Shown here one piece after another: positions 54,906 through 64,000 of a stretch of 64,000 bases of DNA. The notes beneath the pieces are model-generated. The model made no database searches, had not been told where the DNA came from, and worked only from the letters and a program-made list of their open reading frames with translations. Each line of letters opens with the position of its first letter. Positions within the stretch are counted from its first letter, which is position 1. The stretch is from Spizellomyces punctatus DAOM BR117 (lineage: Eukaryota): NCBI GenBank assembly GCA_000182565.2, contig KQ257472.1. One strand, 5' to 3'. A program made the translations under genes and the position numbers.

Positions 54906-57603
54906 CTATCTGGTTTCAATCTCGGCTAAAGTGCGTTGAAATAAAGCCCATTCATCGCTCCGGGGTTGGGACATCTGGTGAAGAAAATGGTCAATCATAT
55001 GTATACTAGATGCCCATGACATTGATTGCGTTGGCCATCTGAAAAGGGAACACACCTCTCCAATATCGTACACAAAAACTTGGCCATCCGACGATCCAAT
55101 GGCAGTTCGCCGTCCCTCCTTGTCCCAAGCAAGCTTGTTGAGAGCATGTCCTTGTCCTACGCGCATACTGACGATGGGTACCTGTAGGAAAATGAATTCA
55201 GCTTGTTGAAAGTTTGGATATGTGCAAATGCTCCCACCTCCATCTCTTGGTTGAGATCATACAGATCGAAGCGTCCACTTCCATCTACCGACCCGAAAAC
55301 TGACGGGTGTACAGGGGACCACCGTACATCATATACGTAGTCGTCGGCCTCTTCAAAAGAATATAAAGGGGTTATAGTTTGTGTAGATGTTGGTGCCTTT
55401 TGAATTGACTTCACATCTGTTTAGTGCACTTGATGAGACTGCTGAATTGGCACAGCTACCACCTTGGCTCTCCACAGCTTGATAGTCCAATCGACGGACG
55501 AAGTCAAGAATAGATCTGAGAAATCCGCAGAGCCGCTCGGTGGATGAAAATTTAATCCGGTAACCATGCTGTAGTGTCCTTTGTATATATCCTGAGCATT
55601 GACCCCTGCTTTACTGCTCACCAATTTTGCTTTAGTGCGTAATCCGTGCGCAGATCTTCACATCATTTCCTCACAAACCTTCCAGCTCGGTCATATCTAT
55701 TAACTTGATGAATGCTACCTTCTTCTGTTCCTATCCAAAAGGTCGCCGTTTCGTTATGTGGGAAGGCCATTGTTGTCACAGATACACCGTCGGTTTTGGC
55801 GTGCGTTGGATGAACGAGGTCCAATATCTCCTGCATATCACTAGGCGTCAGCTACATTAGAACTGCGGGTTGAACAGCACTCCGCGTACCGTCGGTTGAG
55901 CTAACATATCCAATTGCCACGAGCAGACAAGTCCATCTGTTGATGCAGATACTAGATTGTGTGCGTTTTGTGTGCCCACAATCGTCATTGAATATACGGG
56001 ATGGGTATGACCCGCAGCGGAGAGGGGCGTCTTGAGCACCGGTAAATTCTTGGCACGCGTATCCCAGATGACAATTTGTCCGGAGTATGTCCCTCCTATA
56101 ATATAATTTGGATGGAAGTCCGCAAACCGTGCTACAGTCAGATCCGACTGTTTATCAAATCGCAACAGAGTAAATGAGGTCATCAACGGGATAGGCGAAA
56201 TCACGCTCGCACGAACCTGAGATTGGAATACGAACTCGGGTCGGTCCCGTAAATGCAGGTTCCAGATGAGTACGACCCCGTCTGGCTCGCTAATCGCGGC
56301 GTGGTTTTTTCCGCAGGAAGCTAACACTAACTCTGGGTGCTGGAGAGAGGAACTAGCTCAGTAGAGGCGGATATGCGCAAACGAAAAAAAGTAGTTGCCT
56401 CACCTTTTGTGACCAGCTGACATCAGTTACTGAGCGATTTCTTGTCCATCGTTCATCAGAGAATGAGCAGAACAGTTTCACAGTCTTCCCTTCAGCGCGA
56501 TCTCTGCCGATTACTCATTAGAACTGGCAGACACCTTACCAGTCTCTACGCAACGACTTTCTCACATGACACCCGAATCTCCTGTGGTGTAGTCTGTCAT
56601 AAAGTCATATGCTGTGTCACTCAACGCCCGCTCAACCAGTTTAGTGGTGTATTCAAAGAAATCAAGGAAGGTCTCCGATGCTACGATCGCCTTGCGCTCA
56701 TCCTCTGACAGCTCTAGAGTCGACGCGTTAGAGCGGGATTCGCTGATCGTGAGAGATGGAGTAATATACCTCGTGGTTGCGGCGTTACAACAGTCGACAT
56801 GTTCTCGGAGGCCGGGATAGGTTGGACGAGCACATCAACGGATTCTGGCGTATTGGCAGATTTTTGAGATTTTTCGACATCACTAGTACCAGCCTCCTCC
56901 ACATAAAGAGTCTCAGTTTGAATCTCTTTGGTGTACATTACTTTTTCCTATCAAAACGGAAATGAGAGTCAATATCGAACGCTCAAGGGCTGCCGGACCA
57001 TACTTTTGGCGCAACATCTAGAAAAATGAATTCAGCGGAAGCTAATGTTGGCTGGGGTCTGAGTACGCCGTTAATGATAAGGTTAGAATATAGGTAATAT
57101 GAAAAAACTTCGCGCAAAGGAAGCCTACTTCTCCTGAGCGGAAGCAATAGCATCCGGTTGCGGTTCTGCGTCTTGTCGCAAGCTTCTTGTCTCCCTTTCA
57201 TCATGCTTTCGTGGCTCAGTGAATGAGAGAGATGGTGAGGAGGATCGTAATTCATCGGTACTGGAAGCCCTTGAGCTCGGTCTGTCTCCGACTAGCGACG
57301 CAACGAGGTCGTCGATGTCTTTCCTGTCCCTTGTCGGCTTCCCTGGGTTTCAGAGCGCGTGTGAACACTTTCCAGCCCATGTTCTCAAGTGCTGTTACCG
57401 TTCCCGAGACTATACCTACAGAGTCCCTCTTCTGTGCATCCAGGAGGGCAACTTTCCTTTCCTCTTTCGCACGTCGCAACTCGGCGATCCGCGCTCGTTT
57501 CTTCTCCAGTTCTGGAAGGAATATCATATCAGCTTTGTGCAAGGCAACCATGAGATAGTCTTGCCAGTTATATACCCTCTTTTCGTCTATCCACTGGCAG
57601 CAT
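54906..57603 (-). CDS. dic1: Cytoplasmic dynein intermediate chain (WD40), multi-exon
   Basis: N-terminal [19 protein letters not shown], light-chain-binding YTKEIQT, and WD segments [47 protein letters not shown]. Confidence 0.93.
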
Positions 57604-57739
57604 TTTCAATCGCTTGAAGCCCAGCCCTCGCGATCTGATACCAGGCGAGCTTGCAGTGGTCGCCAGTCGGTTTGAACCGGATCGTAAGTTGTGGTCCAGT
57701 GAGGTAACAAACAACACGATACGCAAGTCGCTGTTTGCT

Positions 57740-59485
57740 ATGGCGGCTTCGCCAGCACGTCTCTTTCTCCAGCAAAAGCTCGATACGATACGACCTACCC
57801 TAGTGTCGCCAGCTAATCATGCAGGAGTTCGTCCTTCATCGTCGGGAACGTCCACCCCTAGGTCACAGAATAGGCCACCACAGAACCCCCTGCAGGCTAC
57901 CGAAGAGCTTCTCATCTCTTTATTCATAGCCCTAACTGCCGGACAGCGGGCTATGTTGGTATCCACTAAACAAGAGTTCGTGCGCGACTTACGGAAAGCT
58001 TTGGATCAGGTGTGCAAGTGATGTTGTTTGACGACTGAAACAATCTGTTCATCTTTCCGCGTTCACAGTTGTTTGCGTTTGTCTTCAATTTTACAGTTAC
58101 ACATGTCCAAATAGAGAGAACCACCACGCATTCCGACTTCCTGTCAGCTCTTTTCTACCGGCGGGTTGCCGATGGCACCGCGGGGGCGGGTAGTGATACA
58201 TCAGTTTCCAATACGTCGCGGCGCAGAGGCCCTGCACAGTTGTCCAGAGCAGAGTCCGAGGAGGACAAGGATTTCTTGGTAGGCATTGACGCACAGATCG
58301 GAGATAATCGCTCAGCTTCTTTATACTCTCTTGTGTTTAAACCATGGTTCATTTTCCAGAAATCCTCCAGATCCAGCACTCACGCTCGGCAGACCTCAAT
58401 GAAATCCGACTCGGCATCTGAACTTGAATCCCCTGCCTATTCTTTGTTTGCACCGTCATACAGAAGCCAGAGAATGCACAGTCATAGCCGAAATGCAGCA
58501 ACCGCCGGTTCCCGTCCCTTGCTCTACCCGTTTTCAGCAGCTGGAGGCGAGACGCATTTGGGGTCTAACACTTCATTGGTGACAACTAAACAATTACCGA
58601 ATATCGTGTTAGTGGATGGACTCCATCTTGCGAGCGGTGCAGTGCACGGTGCTCTACTAGAGGTACCATCCTCCTTCGCCAGTCACATTAGGTCTTGCTG
58701 ACACTTGGTTCCACCTACGTCCATAGGTTCTTGAGAGGGGACAGGTTACCGATAAATTCACCGTGTTTCCTTGTCCGGTACCCTTCCTTGTTGTGGGCTT
58801 GATATGTCCTTCTTCCCGCAAGCAAACAATACCACCGCAATTGGTAATATCCTACTTCCAGCACAGGCACTCAGTATCTACGTTCTTATAAGATCAGTCT
58901 TCCAATCACAGTTGGACAAGTTTTTTCTTTGTCATACGCTGAATTCTCATATATGTCGCTGCATCATTCCATATCCCCTACGGTCGCCCTTAGTGAAAAT
59001 GGAGGTAATGCCATCGGTCTGCAAATAGTAGCCTTCAACTTCAGTCCACTGATGGTTTTACTTGAAGGACTTAGAACAATTGACATTGGAGGCGTCTCGC
59101 ATATATATGCACGCGGAAGTCTCTTACTACCTGCGTGATTTACTGACAGGCTTGCGGAATCACCAATTGGTGAGCACAGGTGTATCTGCCAAAGGTGGTA
59201 TCGATCTTGCACACGCTGCCCGGTGAGTTACATTTTAAATATCATTGTGTAAGGACTGTCCAGTCTTAAGGTACGCCATGCTGCAGAACTTTAGCGGTGC
59301 TCTCCGGGCATCTGATCGTAAGCCCGGATCATGTAACTCTGATGGCTGACAAAGTCATTGCCCACCGATTATTGCTTGCGCATCAGTCACCATATGTAAC
59401 GCCTGAGATCCGGCTACGATTAAAAGGGCTAAGTGGTGTCGACGTTGTCGGGAAGGTTATCAATAGCATGACAATTCCAATGTAA
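57740..59485 (+). CDS. Uncharacterised protein with a degenerate ChlI/MoxR-type AAA+ fold and lid (possibly Mtc2-like), multi-exon
   Basis: LPNIVLVDGLHLASGAVHGALLE and a C-terminal GVSAKG...AAR...LAVLSG..IVSPDHV...VIAHRL lid-like segment. No Walker A seen. Confidence 0.6.
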
Positions 59486-59525
59486 ACCTATCAGGATAAC
59501 ACTCCACACTGGCTTGCATCTGTCG

Positions 59526-61562
59526 TTACACCTTGTATGCTTTCTGTAACCTGTGTATATCTGATGGATCGATCTTGTTGTCGTCAGCGCATGCCTTCAA
59601 CCAATCCAAAATGTCTCTCAGTGCTAAGTGCAAACCATTTGCGTTGTATTAGTAGACGTCACTGTGAGCGTTTGAGCAATCACCGACCTTGTTTGTCAGC
59701 CTTCGATAAAAACATTGCATTCATGTCGAAACGTGGCAGTAGGGCTAAGTGCTTAAGGGTGTCTAATGCCTCGTTCGCCTTATTGTCTCTACCGAAACAA
59801 ATACCATAAGTCGCAATAGGGCTTCACTGGACTCGTCAGATACTCACTTTTTGTAATGATCACGCAGGACGAAGATAATCTTGGATATGTAACTGCTCTC
59901 TAGCGAATTTTTGAAAATTCTTTGGTAGCTCTTGGGATCGATTATCTAGAGCTTGATGGTAAGAATTTGAAAGACATCATCCTGCACGAATAGGCTATAC
60001 CTTGAGGTAACCATATATCGCGGCACTATCGCCCTTCAGGCTTTTCCAATCACGCTCAAACTCATACATACTCTTAGGAGCAGCTGATGCGCTGACGGAG
60101 GGGAGTACTACTGGCTTTGAAATGTCTGCAGCAGCATTTCGAACCAGCTGCGATTTTTGAATTTGCGCAGGGGGTGGTGAAAGTGAGTTGACGGGAACCT
60201 TCACATCCCGCTTTGAAACCTCCTGAGCCGCAATCGGCATTGTGGTGCCATTGCCCTGGAGGCTTGTGATTTGATGTGCCTTGAGAGATCTGTTGATACC
60301 AACTGCTTCCTCACCAACTTCTTCGATTGCTAAACGCCTTCGTACTGGTCTTGTAGGATTCTTTCTGTCATTTTTCGTTGCCTGCAATACACGCCATGAG
60401 CAGGTCAGCATGGCAAAAGAAACTAAGAAATGTGAAGTGCACTCACCTTTTCCTTTATACTAGTAAGAACATCGCTCAGGTCTGCTTTAATCGACTTGTT
60501 GGTTGGTTCGAGCACGACTGCGGCCTCCAAGTCTAGTTTGACAAACACTCAGTACTACTGCTTGCAGTTTTGTATTAACAATTCTGGGCAAGGCCACCTT
60601 GTCGTGCTTCTTCGGCCTTCCCAAGTTTCGCCCGCGCAATTCCTCGTCGCCACAATGCCTTGACGTTCTTTGGGTCCATTTCAATTCCCTGAGTACAATC
60701 GGCCTCAGCCTCTGCGAATCTTATCAACAAATGAGCTTCTCGGTTCATAATATTAATCTTCCAAGCATAATTTTGAAGCGCACCTATCCAGTTTCAGATA
60801 TGCCAGTGCTCGATTAACGGGAAGCACCGCGCTCGTAGGATCGAGCTGCATGCTCTTGCTATAACACAAAATAGCGCGCTTGTAGTCCCCCTTCTTAAAC
60901 CATGCGTTGCCCTTCCCCTGACCTGTTAGACAGTGCGGTTCCGCTAATCCTTGGAAGTGCCTAGATTACCTTCTCCTTTTCCAGAATTGCCCGCTCTCCA
61001 AAGTCCTTCTGATCAGCAGATACTTTGGCAGACTTGGAACTACATAATTCTGGGCGCTGTGCATCGACGGCATCTAGCGCCTTATCCTTTTCCAAAGGAG
61101 ACTTAGTATCCAGCACTCAACAGCTTTTAGCAGACCTTCCGCCCTACCGCGTCCCAAGCCTTATAGTCCTGCGACTTTATCCTATCCTCTCCTAGAACTG
61201 TTCTTGTGTCCGAGCTTGCTCTTACCATTCCCGCCCCCTGATGTTCAAGTGTTATCGTTGTCTCAGGGATGATCCTCGCATTCTGATTTCGGATCGGTGG
61301 AATGAACTAGAATCTTGAGGTTATAGGAAGCCCCTATACTATTGTGGAGCATAGGTCACTTACGTTATTGCCTGTAGTTTCCTTGTTGACGGCCCGGTCC
61401 TTTCGTTTTATGTCGCTTTCCCATGACTCCAAGTCTTTTAGATAGGCCTGATACCAGAGATCTGCAATTGTTACATATTGAAGGTACGTATGGAATCAAG
61501 GGCCATTCAATGACCTTCAGCTCCTCCGCATTTTGTCGTATTTGAAAAGCGGTTTTTGACAT
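59526..61562 (-). CDS. RPAP3: RNA polymerase II-associated protein 3-like TPR co-chaperone (R2TP), multi-exon
   Basis: N-terminal QIRQNAEEL..YLKDLESWE, TPR clamp KEKGNAWFKKGDY...NRALAYLKL, C-terminal PKSMYEFERDWK...IFKNSLES...LPRFDM. Confidence 0.88.
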
Positions 61563-61672
61563 ATTCGCAGTTAGGAAGTTAAAAAGGACGAAGTTGAAGC
61601 TGCCCTCGAATATGCAGAAAGGTCGCGCGTTGAGACGACGACCGCGTCGTGCGCATCAACCAATTACGACAA

Positions 61673-64000
61673 ATGGCTGCCCTCTTTTCTGCAGGCGTCT
61701 TAGGAACACTGATGCTAAGTAGCTTGCATAGCCACCTTAAGCAAGGAAGCCCGCTACCGGATACACCCGGCTATCGCAAAGGCAAGCGACGGAAGGCCGC
61801 GAGTGATGGTACGTTGCGACGATCACAAGGTTTGCATGCCAGGTTGCGAGGATACTCATAGGGTTCTATGTGATAGTTATCAGTTTGAAGGCTCTGGAAG
61901 GTATGGTGCTCATAGTTGAACCGCTGACGGCATTCGACCATTCATAAACTGCTTGAAGAGGTCTTCCGCTCCAGTGACCCGCAATTGCAAGAAAGGTAAT
62001 GCAATAACACCGACCTCTCCTTTCAGACACTTTTAGACAATATTTCTTAATGATGTTCATGATTTTAGTGCCTTACAAATTCTTTTGGATAGAGCAATGA
62101 CAGGTGGGCTCCGAGGTGAATTCAATAATATCTTTGGTATTGACATCGTGACTCTTGAAAGAGCAATCCCTATCCTATATCATTAAATGTTGCAAGAACA
62201 GTAAAATTCCTGTTACGCAGCGAAGGGCTGTTGCTGTGATTCAGCAATTAACAAAGCAAGGTTTGTGTTCGGACCCGTAGGACTGAGTGCATAGGAGCTG
62301 ACTTCTGATGCATGCCCTGTAGAGCAAAATCGGTTAGCCGGAAGGAGGGGCATTTCTTTGTTTATATCAATAATGCGTAGTCTAACAATGACATCCAATT
62401 AGCGTAATACTTGTACGTCGAGGAATTCTGAAGATTTTCTGCCACATACTTCTACAGCCTGCGGACGAGACGACTTATCGCTATTGCATCATATCGATGT
62501 TTCGCTTGGTGCAGAATAAAGGTCGGTTGTCTTCAGCCATTAAAATAGATTATATGTTGGTAAAATTTTCGATAGACCAGCGAAAGGTGCAGATTGTACG
62601 TTACGGGATTCTAGGGCCGCTGAAGAAGTTTCTCTCTATATCATCCACTCATAGTAATGATTTGATGTACTGGAGTCTTTTGCTCACGCACCAGCTCTCC
62701 CTTATTGGTGAGTGCGCTTTTGGGGCCTGTTACCCATCTTTCTGTGAGCCCAGAGACGCTGACGATAAACATTGATAGATGAGCTACAAAGCGAGCTAAT
62801 TGGAACCGGATTTTTATACATACTTGCCTATATGATACGTCTGACATTTGGCAACGCAAGCATGCAAAGGCTATGTCTTCACTCTCTTGTCCGGCTCCTA
62901 TCTAAAATGGAGAACACAGGTTCGCTGTAGCGTGACGCTTATACTGATTGGGAGAACTGACCCAAATGTTGCAGAGGTTGTCAAACAAGTAAGCGACAGA
63001 CATACGAATTTGTTTATTGAGGTGTATCTTAATTGGAGCCATCGAAGCTCCAGTCGCTTTTGCAAGTCAACATTGTGCCCCTGTTGGTGACCTGTTTACG
63101 GAACGGTTCGGATGTCGACTACCGATGTTTGTGTGTTCCATATATTCTCAATGCTGACCATTTCATATTCTAGAGGATGTCGAGCTTGCGTCATGGGCGG
63201 TCTTCCTAATACACGAATTTGTCACAAAAGGTGCGGCCATACAGAATTCACGAATATATGAGATATTGAATTACTCTTGGGATGACAGATGTTGCAAAAG
63301 AAAATTTTCAATCCATGAAAGGACTGCTCCCTGCACTTGCTGCACTACTTAACAGCGAAGAAGCTTGTGTCCCTCGTCTGGTTCTCAGGTCATTGAAGTA
63401 TTTGGGAATGAGAAATGGTTCGTGTGGAAAAGACGCGTTAGCTGCAATCTGGTGTCTTCTGAGAACCTTCATTCCAGATCAATATCAAATAGAAATGATC
63501 CGCGCTGGAGTCGTCTCGAAGATCGTGCCATGTTTAATAGGCGGAGAGCACTCCGATCCGGACTCTCCCCTTTGGGCCTTGGTAAAATATCGCCTAGGGT
63601 CCTTTCACGGAAGCCAGTTAGACTTACGTACTGCAACTTGTACACTCAGGCCCTATTGCACGACCTTTTGGCGCACGGTACGTATTTTTGCTTGTGATTG
63701 ATGATTTTCGGAACAGAATCTCGCTGACGGTTATTGGCGTTCAGCTGAAGCACATGCTCAATTTTTGGAAGCTAAAGGATTAGATACATTGATACGCATA
63801 AGCTACGATACAACTGTTCATCTATCGCTGTAAGTAACCTCATACGGGTGGATTGGTAGGCGGTAATCATAATCTAAACCCAAGTGAAGATATATAGCCG
63901 ACATCATTGTGTATCTAGCATCTTCATTGCAAAATCGTGATATGCTAGAGAATTCGGAGGTTTTGGATGCTGTCCTTCACTTCTGCAAATCTGACGAGGC
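61673..64000 (+). CDS. Armadillo/HEAT-like repeat protein, uncharacterised, runs off the window
   Basis: Helical repeat-like exons (IVRYGILGPLKKFL, GLLPALAALLNSEE, MIRAGVVSKIVPCL) separated by GT-AG introns. Start codon inferred. Confidence 0.6.

Noticed and set aside
49300-63700. Many short antisense or overlapping ORFs in the gene region
   Set aside because: Explained as shadows or intron-read-through fragments of the six spliced genes.

Overview
Eukaryotic window, most likely an intron-rich early-diverging (chytrid-like) fungus; this is inferred from short GT-AG introns and protein similarity. Positions ~42-48,800 form a gene-free transposon island. It holds a Merlin/IS1595-type remnant at the left edge and about 18 kb of tandem, nested and inverted copies of one Ty5/Hemivirus-like copia family (Copia-A). 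It also holds three gypsy families (B: an almost CpG-free chromovirus; C: a ~2,500-codon single-frame chromodomain element with unexplained extra regions; D: degenerate), a second copia (E) and a Tc1-like remnant at the right edge. Positions 48,950-64,000 are compact host genes: CHL1/DDX11 helicase, an Amidoligase_2-like enzyme, cytoplasmic dynein intermediate chain, a degenerate ChlI/MoxR-like AAA+ protein, RPAP3 and an ARM-repeat protein. The strongest signal is a host-TE conflict over CpG. Repeats show CpG-specific C>T hypermutation (all 16 differences I count between the Gypsy-C LTRs are CpG transitions), while Gypsy-B has lost nearly all CpGs yet kept canonical protein motifs. All counts and coordinates were read by eye, exon boundaries are approximate, and some rearrangements could be assembly artefacts.
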